A stretch of 64,000 nt of DNA from a virus. The translations under genes were made by a program, and so were the position numbers. Numbering within the stretch: the stretch's first letter is position 1; each line of letters starts with the position of its first letter. Under the pieces are notes generated by a model, which made no database searches, had not been told where the DNA came from, and saw only the letters and a list, made by a program, of their open reading frames with translations. The stretch covers positions 1-64,000 of the IMG/VR virus record IMGVR_UViG_3300046804_003540; one strand, written 5' to 3'. Of this stretch, positions 46,000 to 54,722 are shown in pieces.

Positions 46000-46235
46000 T
46001 GTTCAACTCCTCTAAATGTTATTGGACTGGTACCCATCCAAGTTGTGTGGGGTTGATCCACTATTTCTGTCATGTCTCCATAGGTATCAGTATAAAACAA
46101 TCTATGATTAGGATAGTTTCGCTTGCACCACTCTAAGACCGCTTCGGCGTCATTTGTAATGCTAACCGGACCGTCCAAGTCTTGTAAATATACACTTTGA
46201 TCTACAATGCGAGAAACTTCAAACCTACACTTCAT
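45996..46235 (-). CDS. Unrelated hypothetical protein inside the array
   Basis: DLDGPVSITNDAEAV..YTDT; ends GVEQ in the repeat. Confidence 0.75.
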   Translation of the reverse strand: MKCRFEVSRIVDQSVYLQDLDGPVSITNDAEAVLEWCKRNYPNHRLFYTDTYGDMTEIVDQPHTTWMGTSPITFRGVEQ

Positions 46236-46441
46236 TCTTCAACTCCGAATCGTTGTTTGATCAATTCATCTGCACCGACAGTCTTACCCAACCGATTAGT
46301 TGCACAGGCTGAAATACATTCCTCAATAATCAACTCGGCGAACTTTTCCAAAAATGCATCCAGTTTTTTATAGTTAAGGTCAAATTCGTTACCGGTTTGA
46401 TCGTTAGCCTCTACTGCAAGGTCTAAAAGTCGTTCGTTCAT
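46232..46441 (-). CDS. Paralog-family protein
   Basis: MNERLLDLA..EKFAELIIEEC..IKQRFGVEE. Confidence 0.8.
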   Translation of the reverse strand: MNERLLDLAVEANDQTGNEFDLNYKKLDAFLEKFAELIIEECISACATNRLGKTVGADELIKQRFGVEE

Positions 46442-46444
46442 TCT

Positions 46445-46567
46445 TCAACTCCAAAATGTTTGTTTAAGAAAACTAAAAATAACCATAAAGATCGTGAAGT
46501 AAGCAGCCGCTCCTACCATCAATAGATATGCCACAGCCCACCAGCCTGCCTTCTCGCCTTCCGTCAT
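46445..46567 (-). CDS. Small membrane protein (40 aa) inside the array
   Basis: MTEGEKAGWWAVAYLLMVGAAAYFTIFMVIFSFLKQTFWS; reads the repeat in a different frame. Confidence 0.6.
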   Translation of the reverse strand: MTEGEKAGWWAVAYLLMVGAAAYFTIFMVIFSFLKQTFWS

Positions 46568-46764
46568 TCTTCAACTCCAAAATGTTGTTTTAGATAGTGT
46601 GCCGCAGTGGTTCCTTGTAGCATCGATGAACCCCATTCCACTTCAAACAGGTCAGCACATTCCCGAACAATCATTTCGGCGAATTTTTCATTATCAAAAT
46701 GAAGTTGTCCTTGAGGGCGTTCATCCCAGCATTGTTTAGCAAGTTCTGCAATTCGTTTGTTCAT
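46564..46764 (-). CDS. Paralog-family protein
   Basis: MNKRIAELAKQC..EKFAEMIVREC..LKQHFGVEE. Confidence 0.8.
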   Translation of the reverse strand: MNKRIAELAKQCWDERPQGQLHFDNEKFAEMIVRECADLFEVEWGSSMLQGTTAAHYLKQHFGVEE

Positions 46765-46793
46765 TCTTCAACTCCGAAATGTTATTTAAAATT

Positions 46794-47012
46794 TCAAGCA
46801 ACACACTTCTCAACATCAGCCAGGATCTTTTTCAATTCTTCCAGGTTAAGTTCCAAATATTTCACTGTGGATTCTGCCACAGCATAGCCCAAAGCACCAC
46901 CACGGTATTGATCCCAACTCAGACGATTTGCTTTTAGTTTCAATTCTTCAAGGAACTTTTCCTTGCCGGCGATTGTGTTACGCAGGTTCTCTGCCACGGT
47001 CGAGATGTTCAT
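46794..47012 (-). CDS. Unrelated hypothetical protein inside the array
   Basis: 72 aa; the repeat that follows it is non-coding. Confidence 0.75.
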   Translation of the reverse strand: MNISTVAENLRNTIAGKEKFLEELKLKANRLSWDQYRGGALGYAVAESTVKYLELNLEELKKILADVEKCVA

Positions 47013-47233
47013 TCTTCAACTCCGAAATGTTCTTTAATCGCTTCATCAGCATAAGAACAAGGGTCCATATAGTAGTCTTCTACTACACGCATACATTCCC
47101 GCACAATCAACTCGGCGAACTTTTCTAGTTCATCAAGATAAAAAATAACTACACCATTTTCACGGATCTGAATCTTTTCAGGTCCACGACCAAGTCTAGC
47201 CTGTTCAGCAAGTTCTTTGATTCGTTTGTTCAT
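47009..47233 (-). CDS. Paralog-family protein
   Basis: MNKRIKELAEQA..EKFAELIVREC..IKEHFGVEE. Confidence 0.8.
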   Translation of the reverse strand: MNKRIKELAEQARLGRGPEKIQIRENGVVIFYLDELEKFAELIVRECMRVVEDYYMDPCSYADEAIKEHFGVEE

Positions 47234-47238
47234 TTCAT

Positions 47239-47361
47239 TTACTCAGGAGTAGTTTTACGCACATGGCCACACATATAGCATCGCCACAAATAACCCTTTT
47301 TGATACTTTTACTGTCATCAAAGTTAGGTTGCCAAACATGAAATTTTTTGCAAGTTTTCAT
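47239..47361 (-). CDS. Small Zn-binding protein (40 aa)
   Basis: AAGGAG RBS; MKTCKKFHVW..CYMCGH. Confidence 0.55.
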   Translation of the reverse strand: MKTCKKFHVWQPNFDDSKSIKKGYLWRCYMCGHVRKTTPE

Positions 47362-47372
47362 CGTTCAACTCC

Positions 47373-47687
47373 TTAGTATTGATTCAGTGCGGGACAAAGT
47401 TCAGCAATCAAGCCGCGTTCCATGGTGTGTGCAACATCACGACCACGCACTACACCAATTACTTCCATTTCAAAAGCTTCAGCACCGTGTTCACGGATGC
47501 TGCGGCACAGGGGCCAGTCTTTGTTTTCTGTTACAGCCCTGCGAATGTGCTTTTGCATTCGAACTTTGAGGGCTTGTTTGAGCTGTTGGCCGCAAACTGT
47601 AATACCAATGTAGTATTCGCCGGTGTTAGTGTTTGCTAACATATAGACAGCGTGTTTGCGATCCGAGCGGGCTTTGCGTTTCATCAT
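47373..47687 (-). CDS. GIY-YIG nuclease family protein
   Basis: AVY..YYIG..R..H..E..LN; leaderless. Confidence 0.75.
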   Translation of the reverse strand: MMKRKARSDRKHAVYMLANTNTGEYYIGITVCGQQLKQALKVRMQKHIRRAVTENKDWPLCRSIREHGAEAFEMEVIGVVRGRDVAHTMERGLIAELCPALNQY

Positions 47688-47692
47688 AGTGT

Positions 47693-47747
47693 ATTATACA
47701 ACCAAAATGAATTATTTGCAAGCCCAAAATGTAATACTTAGGTATTA
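47693..47747 (-). promoter_or_regulatory. Early promoter plus palindrome
   Basis: TAATAC-TTAG-GTATTA 47732-47747; TTGCAA-17-TATAAT(47698-47693). Confidence 0.8.
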
Positions 47748-47748
47748 G

Positions 47749-47961
47749 TCAGTGCAGTGTATGTGTGGCATGCAAGTCAATGCCAAATGCTTTCATTAAA
47801 CTTAAAATTTGGTCGCTGGCCACGGTAGTTTCATCTTCAGGGCACAACAGTGTTTTAAGTGCGCCATTTTTATCTACCACAAAAACATAGTCATCGTCTG
47901 CAATGTTATCGAAAAAATCGTCCTCGGTACCTTCATCAACATTGTTTAAATTTTGTGCCAT
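47749..47961 (-). CDS. Small acidic protein
   Basis: 70 aa, ends HTLH. Confidence 0.7.
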   Translation of the reverse strand: MAQNLNNVDEGTEDDFFDNIADDDYVFVVDKNGALKTLLCPEDETTVASDQILSLMKAFGIDLHATHTLH

Positions 47962-48598
47962 TTTTTTGTTTCTCCAATTTTTTCAAATAGCGATTGCCTT
48001 TACGAACAAATTTTAACACCACAGGGTCATTTTTGTCAAAGACCCTTGTGTAAGTTTTGTAAAGATTGGTACGCTCAATGCGCCTTGCGCTGTCTTTAAT
48101 TTCAATTACAGCGTTTGCGGCCGCTGACCACGCATAAGCATCTAATTCATCGCTGTCACCATAGTAGCATTGTTGCTCACGCTTGGCAGCATTAAGACTG
48201 CTGGCTGCATAGGGTCTGTTCATTTTAAAGTCACGGCGTCTAAACTGATGCATGTGTATAAACTCGTGACCTAAAATGCAAGCAAAGTCTATGCAAAACT
48301 CTGCCCATTGCTCAGGGCCAATGTCATTCTCGTTGAATAACAAATGCTTCCTGATTTTGTGTATGCTGATTTCCATTTCGATTGGCTTATGACCTGCTTC
48401 GTCAAGTTCAGCATCATACAGTCCTGCTACTGGCAATTGATTGGGCAGTAGATTAAGACTTTGAACGAGAGTAATTTTGCATTCGCGAAATGGAACTGCG
48501 GCTTTGATTTTTTTTAAGAATTCATCACCAGTCAATCTTTGATTATATACTCGTTCGTATAAGCCAAACAATCTTTCCAGTAATTCAAAATAGTTCAT
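47936..48598 (-). CDS. HExxH metallopeptidase-like protein
   Basis: GHEFIHMHQ, YYGDSDELDAYA. Confidence 0.7.
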   Translation of the reverse strand: MNYFELLERLFGLYERVYNQRLTGDEFLKKIKAAVPFRECKITLVQSLNLLPNQLPVAGLYDAELDEAGHKPIEMEISIHKIRKHLLFNENDIGPEQWAEFCIDFACILGHEFIHMHQFRRRDFKMNRPYAASSLNAAKREQQCYYGDSDELDAYAWSAAANAVIEIKDSARRIERTNLYKTYTRVFDKNDPVVLKFVRKGNRYLKKLEKQKNGTKFKQC

Positions 48599-48912
48599 TA
48601 CTTAAACAGTATAAAAGCCATCAGCACAGATTGTCCAATAAATCCAATACCAATGGTAATAATATTTAACTGATCTTTAAGTAAAATGGCTCTGCCAAAT
48701 AACATGACTAAACTGATGTAGATAAACAGCACAAGGTCAATGTTTGGTGGTTTGTCAGTGAGTCCGCTCATCAAAGCCAACATACTGGGCACAGTACTGA
48801 GATGCAGTGTGATTGCAGCCATCCATCCCAATGTTTCAGCAGTTAGTTTTTTTAAATGGTCAAGAAAGAATTTCTTTACAAGTACAAAAAACTTTAACAA
48901 ACTGTAGTTCAT
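48598..48912 (-). CDS. Three-TM membrane protein
   Basis: Hydrophobic; next to the cell-wall hydrolase. Confidence 0.7.
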   Translation of the reverse strand: MNYSLLKFFVLVKKFFLDHLKKLTAETLGWMAAITLHLSTVPSMLALMSGLTDKPPNIDLVLFIYISLVMLFGRAILLKDQLNIITIGIGFIGQSVLMAFILFK

Positions 48913-48913
48913 T

Positions 48914-49495
48914 TTATTCCTTATAGAAAATGTGTTGACCGATTTGTGCTATGCGTTCTTTGCGCCAACCCGGGCTGACATAGGCAGCATGATAATACAT
49001 CGCGTTCGTTAAACCGGGCAATCTAAAATTTTCCAGTAAAACTTTTTTGGCAACTTCCTGACTTTCTTTATACAAGGGTGCGTACACAGGCTTGACCATG
49101 TGTGTGCTTTCGCAGACCCAGCTGAATTGACAAATTACCTTTTGATAAAATGTATTTTTTTGATAAACAACTCCGCAGACATTGTCTGCAAACTTGCCTG
49201 ATTGTACACGATTCATGGTGACCTGAGCAACCGCAACTTTGCCTTCAAATGGTTCAGAAGCTGCTTCCCAATAAATATTTTTGGTTAAGCAGTCTAATTG
49301 TCGCTCACGCTCGGCCATGGTGATTGGTGGATTACTTAGACCTTCGGCAATTTTAAATTTCAAGCTGTCGAATTTGGCTTGAACTGCTGTGGTTCCTAAC
49401 GCAAATAAAATTGCGCCGGCTATGACTAATAATAATATTTTGGTTGACTTTATCACTCTGTCATAATATTGATTTGATATAGCGTGTGATGCCAT
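48914..49495 (-). CDS. SleB-like cell wall hydrolase
   Basis: CLTKNIYWEA, AVAQVTMNRV, CQFSW, YYHA, IGQHIFY. Confidence 0.9.
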   Translation of the reverse strand: MASHAISNQYYDRVIKSTKILLLVIAGAILFALGTTAVQAKFDSLKFKIAEGLSNPPITMAERERQLDCLTKNIYWEAASEPFEGKVAVAQVTMNRVQSGKFADNVCGVVYQKNTFYQKVICQFSWVCESTHMVKPVYAPLYKESQEVAKKVLLENFRLPGLTNAMYYHAAYVSPGWRKERIAQIGQHIFYKE

Positions 49496-49629
49496 ATGTA
49501 CTTTCTCCTTTCTTAAAGAGTGTGTTTTTATATAACTCGTTGGAATTTTATGATCTATGCGTAGTTAATGGATTAACTGCATATATTATAGCGGTTTTTT
49601 AGTGATTTTTCAAGGTTTTTGACTGCTTT

Positions 49630-51564
49630 TTACACTAGTCCGGTGATTTTTCCACCAGCATTACTAATGAAGTCACTGTTCTTGTATTGGTTTAAAATGT
49701 TCTGAGCAATGTTGCCAGACACGGTTGGTTGTGACAATTGATACAACAAATAGTCAGTGCCAATTTGATTTCTGTCTACGCCGTATTCCGGTAAACTGCT
49801 GACAAAAGAAAATATTTGACTGTTGTCGCTGAACGCACTAGTAGAAATATTGGCCTTTGCATAATTAGTGGATTCGATGGATAAAAATTGACACACTGTG
49901 TTGTAGTTGTTATTGATTTTATCTACAATAGTTTTTACAGCTGGATCTGCTGCAATGTTATTTAACAATGCAAGATACTGACTTTGCTTGGCAATACACT
50001 GTGTTTGCCACCAATCTGGACCACCGGTGCCAGGAATAGCAACTGCCACTCCTTCTACATTGAACTGTACCTGCGGTGGAGGTACAGGAGTATAGTTCGC
50101 TGCGGCAATATTTTCAGATTCACTTAGTGCTACTCTTGCAAAATATCTACTTATTTCGGACAGTACGCTTGTAATTTGTGGTCCATAGTCTGTGGCTGTA
50201 AGTTCTGCTATACCTTCATTGACTTTTTCTAAATATTCTGTGTAATAGCCCGATGCAGTACCGATGACATTTAGCACGGAAATAGGAGCATTGTTTGCAC
50301 TCATTGGCAAATAATTACGCAACTGTGCAATTATTTCCGGAGTCAGCAAACTGTTATTGGTCTGCAGATCTTCTATACTAGTAGAAGTTTCTGTTTGAAT
50401 TTTTATAATCAAATCTGCTACTTGTATGCCCAAAGTAAAGTTACTGCCAGGAGCTTTAAGATAAATGTCTTTACCTACTTCAGCTAGATTTACAAAACCA
50501 CTGTCATTGGTTAATCCACTAGTAGCTTCTATGCTGGTATAGCTTAAGGGACTGGTAAACAGATCTGTTGGAACTGTTGTTTGTAAAACACTTTGAATTA
50601 CAGCTAAATCACTGGCAGCAGTGATAGACTGCAAAATAGCATTCAGCTGTTGAGTATAGTTAGGATTTTCAATCTGTTGATAAATTATGCCAGATTCAAA
50701 CAATTTTGTACTAAGACCGCCGATAGCACCAAGTCCATTATCAATTAATGTTTTTGTAACACCGTTGCTGGTTCCAAAAATACCCAAGGCCAGTGTGTCT
50801 ACTAATTTCCCGATGTTTTTAAAAGATCGTATCAGTGCTTCGCTGCCTTTGTAAGCGGCCCACCCTTGTGTAATTAAATCATTATAACTTTTAAAACCAA
50901 AATATTGTAAATTTTTTGCTTCCGATTCTAGTAGACCTTTAGTATAAATGTTGCTGGTCAACACCCATCCCACTACTTGATTTAAAACATTTATAAAATA
51001 AAAATTATCCCAATAGTTACTACCCGCCAGTCTTGCCATTTGCAAGTCAACATAGTAGACAAAACTGCCCGGCATAGTGGCTTGATACTGTTGGGGCATT
51101 ACTCCAGTTAGCGCAGGAATCGCGCTATTAGCCCCAAAAGTTGTTTTTTGTGGATTAGTCCAATAAGTTCTAAAATATCCCGATAGCCACGGTGATACGG
51201 TTGTGCCTACTGGATAGGTTGAATATTGCTGTCCTGTTGTGGGGTCTATAGTTGTAGATATAGGTGTAGCTGGGTTTCCGTTTGAATCAACATATTTGTA
51301 ATCTAAGGGGCGATTTTTATCAATAAGATAGTTATTACCTAGCGCAGTTGCTACCATGTTACCTAGTGCAGAAATAGACCCTGTATAAACTCCACTTAGA
51401 TTTCCAGGAGAAGCATCAGTTATTTGTCTCCAATAGTTAGGATCGAACACCAAATCTTGATTATAACTTGCTCCCCAGGTGGTATCGAAAATGGTTGCGG
51501 CGTTTGCACCAATAACTGGTCCGTTGGCAAAAATAGCATTAACTTGTTGTGAATAGTCACTCAT
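49630..51564 (-). CDS. Probable virion/baseplate protein
   Basis: 644 aa N/S/T-rich; downstream of the PAAR gene. Confidence 0.55.
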   Translation of the reverse strand: MSDYSQQVNAIFANGPVIGANAATIFDTTWGASYNQDLVFDPNYWRQITDASPGNLSGVYTGSISALGNMVATALGNNYLIDKNRPLDYKYVDSNGNPATPISTTIDPTTGQQYSTYPVGTTVSPWLSGYFRTYWTNPQKTTFGANSAIPALTGVMPQQYQATMPGSFVYYVDLQMARLAGSNYWDNFYFINVLNQVVGWVLTSNIYTKGLLESEAKNLQYFGFKSYNDLITQGWAAYKGSEALIRSFKNIGKLVDTLALGIFGTSNGVTKTLIDNGLGAIGGLSTKLFESGIIYQQIENPNYTQQLNAILQSITAASDLAVIQSVLQTTVPTDLFTSPLSYTSIEATSGLTNDSGFVNLAEVGKDIYLKAPGSNFTLGIQVADLIIKIQTETSTSIEDLQTNNSLLTPEIIAQLRNYLPMSANNAPISVLNVIGTASGYYTEYLEKVNEGIAELTATDYGPQITSVLSEISRYFARVALSESENIAAANYTPVPPPQVQFNVEGVAVAIPGTGGPDWWQTQCIAKQSQYLALLNNIAADPAVKTIVDKINNNYNTVCQFLSIESTNYAKANISTSAFSDNSQIFSFVSSLPEYGVDRNQIGTDYLLYQLSQPTVSGNIAQNILNQYKNSDFISNAGGKITGLV

Positions 51565-51567
51565 AAT

Positions 51568-52041
51568 TTATTCGTTTCCTGGGTTACCTGCACCATCATA
51601 AGTGCCGCCAAAATCGCCAGGGTTGGCGTTTGCATCAGCAATAGAGCCTCCCGGTACTCTTGTGGCATAATATAACCAAGTTAAAAACCCCAATTGAGAT
51701 CTTTTTGCTACCCATACATATTCATATCTATTTTCATCGGGTCCGCAATCCTGTGCCCTACGATACAAATAAATGTCATCACCTTTTGCTTGATAATTAA
51801 GACCCACTAAATCTTTACTGATATCAGGCACTCTTGACAAACCCGTTCTCGGATCCACTGCTAATGGTTTTAAAGGAACACTGTCAGTAAAAACATTCAT
51901 CGCATTAGCAAACCGTTGATTAGGACCAAATGCCAATGGTGTTCCTTGCGCCATATAAGCAGCCAGTGCTAACTGCAAAGGACTTAGTTGTGCTTCGGTT
52001 ATTGGATTATTGTTTTGATATACTGAAGGTACTGTTGCCAT
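51568..52041 (-). CDS. Hypothetical, probably virion-associated
   Basis: 157 aa, LSPLQL; between PAAR and the 644-aa gene. Confidence 0.6.
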   Translation of the reverse strand: MATVPSVYQNNNPITEAQLSPLQLALAAYMAQGTPLAFGPNQRFANAMNVFTDSVPLKPLAVDPRTGLSRVPDISKDLVGLNYQAKGDDIYLYRRAQDCGPDENRYEYVWVAKRSQLGFLTWLYYATRVPGGSIADANANPGDFGGTYDGAGNPGNE

Positions 52042-52044
52042 AAA

Positions 52045-52335
52045 TTAACCAAAGATTACATCGCTGCTAGCGGTTCTAACGGTGTGCCCGCATAGGCCAG
52101 GACTGCCTTTTACTACAGGTGGAAGACCATTTACTTTAACTACAAATGCAAGACTTCCAGTAGGACCTCCGCAATGTGTAGGTGGGCAACCTTTTAAACC
52201 GCAACAGGGATGTGGAGTGTAAATACAGCCCAGCAGTGCTACAGGTCTACCGTTAACAAAAACATCAGGACTAAAAGGTGCTGTAAGTATACCTCCTGGT
52301 CCCAATATGTCTCCTACTCTTGCTGCTCCTGGCAT
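52045..52335 (-). CDS. PAAR-domain spike tip protein
   Basis: Start MPGAARVGD; VFVNGRPVA, VKVNG, CGH. Confidence 0.85.
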   Translation of the reverse strand: MPGAARVGDILGPGGILTAPFSPDVFVNGRPVALLGCIYTPHPCCGLKGCPPTHCGGPTGSLAFVVKVNGLPPVVKGSPGLCGHTVRTASSDVIFG

Positions 52336-52345
52336 ACGAATCCTA

Positions 52346-52657
52346 TCAAGTAATGATGGATCCTTTGCTGACTGTTTTGATACCTGTAGTAGTTTGAATG
52401 TAATGACTTTCCATCTCTGCAATTACAGGAGCGTGTAGCATTACATGATCAGCACGGATCTCTATAGCAGTATTTATATCCCCCGTAAACAGGCTCTGCA
52501 CAAGTCCAATACCCTGATTGCTGGGCAATACTGTACAGGGTCTATCAACTAACCAATTTGAGCCGTTGATTGATTTGATTTTAGCTACGATTTCGTCGCC
52601 GTTTACCATTTTAAATGCAACAATATCGCCTTCTTTGTATGATTTATTCATTAACAT
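52346..52657 (-). CDS. Phage hypothetical protein (Sm-like fold possible)
   Basis: FKMVNGDEIVAK..YIQTTTGI. Confidence 0.7.
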   Translation of the reverse strand: MLMNKSYKEGDIVAFKMVNGDEIVAKIKSINGSNWLVDRPCTVLPSNQGIGLVQSLFTGDINTAIEIRADHVMLHAPVIAEMESHYIQTTTGIKTVSKGSIIT

Positions 52658-52898
52658 TTGCTCGTTCCTTGAGTTCACTTTCTGTTAGCCTAGCCAGGCC
52701 TTGATATCCACCTTGTACAAACAGTTTACCATCCTTATAAATTTGTGGTACTGTTCTGTGTCCTTCGTTTACAATAAATTGTCTTGCATCAGGATTTTCA
52801 TCTACACGGATTTCTTCAAATTGAATGTTTTTTAATTTAAGTAAGTTTTTTGCTTGATCGCAAAAAGGACAGTTGGCTTTACTGTAAACAGTTAACAT
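52644..52898 (-). CDS. Glutaredoxin
   Basis: CPFC, TVPQI, GGY. Confidence 0.95.
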   Translation of the reverse strand: MLTVYSKANCPFCDQAKNLLKLKNIQFEEIRVDENPDARQFIVNEGHRTVPQIYKDGKLFVQGGYQGLARLTESELKERANVNE

Positions 52899-52943
52899 AG
52901 TTTTCCTTTGTTTATTTTAATTAGTCTTAGTAAGCAGCCGAGA

Positions 52944-54044
52944 TTAAATTACTGGTAGTTCGTCATAATTTAAATTGTCTGACATGACTCCTATTACATA
53001 GTTGGTTGATTCGTTTTCTTGCAATGCAGTCTGTTTCTTACTGGTATCACTGTGTTTATTGAACCAAGGAATAGGTGTTGTCTTTGGTGCAGGCAAATGA
53101 TATTTTAATCCAATATCATGTAGTGCTGACTTTGCTGTGTAGTCAACAAAGTCTTTGAGAATAGTTGAACCTAGTCCAATAACAGGACCTTTCTTAAACA
53201 AATAATCTGCCCATGCTTTTTCTTCACGGATAACATCCATGTACATGGCATAGACTTCGTCTCGGCATTCTTCAGCAGCCTGTGCAAATCTTGCGTCTTC
53301 TTTTACCACTTGATTGATAATCCAAGCAGTCCAACCTTTGTGCAGCAGTTCATCTTGTAGAATCAAACTAATAATATTGCCGTTGCCAATAAAGATCTTG
53401 TTCTCAACCATAGCAAGACTGGTAGCAAATGACACCATAAAGCGGAATGCTTCTAGTGCATAACTGGCATTCAGTGCAAGCCAAATTGCTTTTATGTGTT
53501 CTTTTTCCGAAATTTCTTCACCCAGTTCTTTGCGGCAGTTAACCATGTGTAAGCGGTCATAATACTCGCCAACACTTGAAGCCATGTCCACAATTTCTTT
53601 AGTATCGTGAATAGTGTTAAAAACTTCTTTAGGTACATTATAAATGTTACGGATGATATGACTGTAACTACGGCTATGAATATTCGTTTCAAAAAAGGTC
53701 CAATTGTAAACAAGTGCTTCTAACTCCGGTAAACTAACCACAGGTGTAAAGATTTGACTAGGACCACGGCCTTGAAGACTGTCCAGGGCTGTTTGTCTCA
53801 GTAAATTGCTGGTAAAGATATGTTTAACTGCTTCGCTGGCTTCTTTGAAGTCCCCAGCATCTTTGGTAAGACTGATTTCTTCAGGCACCCAAAAGAATCC
53901 GCGAGCAGTTTGTTCAAAGTCTACAACTTTTTTATATTTTACTTCTTCAAATCTTTGAATAGTAACTGGACCTGCAGGGTCAAGAAACATCTTACGATGT
54001 AGATAATCTGTAGTGGTGGCAAGGTTATATTGTTGTTTACTCAT
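52944..54044 (-). CDS. nrdB: Ribonucleotide reductase class Ia beta subunit
   Basis: FFWVPEE, LDSLQGR, ETNIHSRSY, LEAFRF, DELLH, ALQENE. Confidence 0.95.
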   Translation of the reverse strand: MSKQQYNLATTTDYLHRKMFLDPAGPVTIQRFEEVKYKKVVDFEQTARGFFWVPEEISLTKDAGDFKEASEAVKHIFTSNLLRQTALDSLQGRGPSQIFTPVVSLPELEALVYNWTFFETNIHSRSYSHIIRNIYNVPKEVFNTIHDTKEIVDMASSVGEYYDRLHMVNCRKELGEEISEKEHIKAIWLALNASYALEAFRFMVSFATSLAMVENKIFIGNGNIISLILQDELLHKGWTAWIINQVVKEDARFAQAAEECRDEVYAMYMDVIREEKAWADYLFKKGPVIGLGSTILKDFVDYTAKSALHDIGLKYHLPAPKTTPIPWFNKHSDTSKKQTALQENESTNYVIGVMSDNLNYDELPVI

Positions 54045-54631
54045 TGTTGTTTCACATTCAAAATTTTATCAGCAAATGGATCTGGTGCTGCCACTGGATG
54101 CTGTACGCAAGCAATGGGATCACCTTGTCCGGCTTCAGTTAAAAACTCAGTGCCTTTGGCAATTTGATTAATAGGACAGCTACAGCGAGCAACTGTGGTT
54201 CCGTTAATGGGATCTTTTTCATAACGGCACATCATACCCCAACAGTTGGCACTGCCTTCAGCTACCGCACCTGGACAGGCCTGTACTTTGGCTCTAGTTG
54301 CAGACTTAGGTGTTTGTACAAAGTTGTTGGCTTCTTGAGGATAGTGGAATCGGGGCGCAAACAAACTCCAAACTTGCTTAGTAGGATCGTCTACACTGCA
54401 ACTACCTTTCATAACACCAGCACTGGTATCAGCAATGCTGGGGCCATCTAATACTGGACATTTGCACTCAACTTCGGGATAAGTTACGCCATTGTTAGTA
54501 GTAATTGTTTTTCCTGTTGGTTTACAAGTACTGGCAGCACAAAGAGCGTACTTGCCTTTACAAATAGTAAGTTCGCCTGCATGAACAAAGCCAGCTGCAA
54601 ACAATGATAATGCCAATATTAGAGCTTTCAT
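54041..54631 (-). CDS. Cys-rich exported protein
   Basis: Start MKALILALSLFAAGFVHA; many Cys (YALCAASTC..CKCP..CSCP). Confidence 0.7.
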   Translation of the reverse strand: MKALILALSLFAAGFVHAGELTICKGKYALCAASTCKPTGKTITTNNGVTYPEVECKCPVLDGPSIADTSAGVMKGSCSVDDPTKQVWSLFAPRFHYPQEANNFVQTPKSATRAKVQACPGAVAEGSANCWGMMCRYEKDPINGTTVARCSCPINQIAKGTEFLTEAGQGDPIACVQHPVAAPDPFADKILNVKQQ

Positions 54632-54632
54632 A

Positions 54633-54713
54633 TTAATGATTTCCTGGTGGGATATGTGGGCATGGTTCTTTTGGTCCATGTCTTGTGTGACACTTAGGGC
54701 AGAATGGTTCCAT
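54633..54713 (-). CDS. Tiny CxxC/H peptide (26 aa)
   Basis: MEPFCPKCHTRHGPKEPCPHIPPGNH fills the gap exactly. Confidence 0.4.
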   Translation of the reverse strand: MEPFCPKCHTRHGPKEPCPHIPPGNH

Positions 54714-54722
54714 AATTATATC

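Larger units (their letters stand above)
45494..47031 (-). repeat. Eight copies of the junction repeat AACATTTYGGAGTTGAASAATGA
   Basis: Plus-strand copies start at 45494, 45730, 45996, 46232, 46438, 46564, 46761 and 47009. Confidence 0.85.

Noticed and set aside
45494-47031. CRISPR array
   Set aside because: Spacers are about 100-240 nt, unequal and protein-coding; repeats are degenerate and non-palindromic; no cas operon (the Cas4-like gene is a solo phage nuclease)
45494-47233. Diversity-generating retroelement
   Set aside because: No reverse transcriptase in the window; the variation is in length and all bases, not adenine-specific
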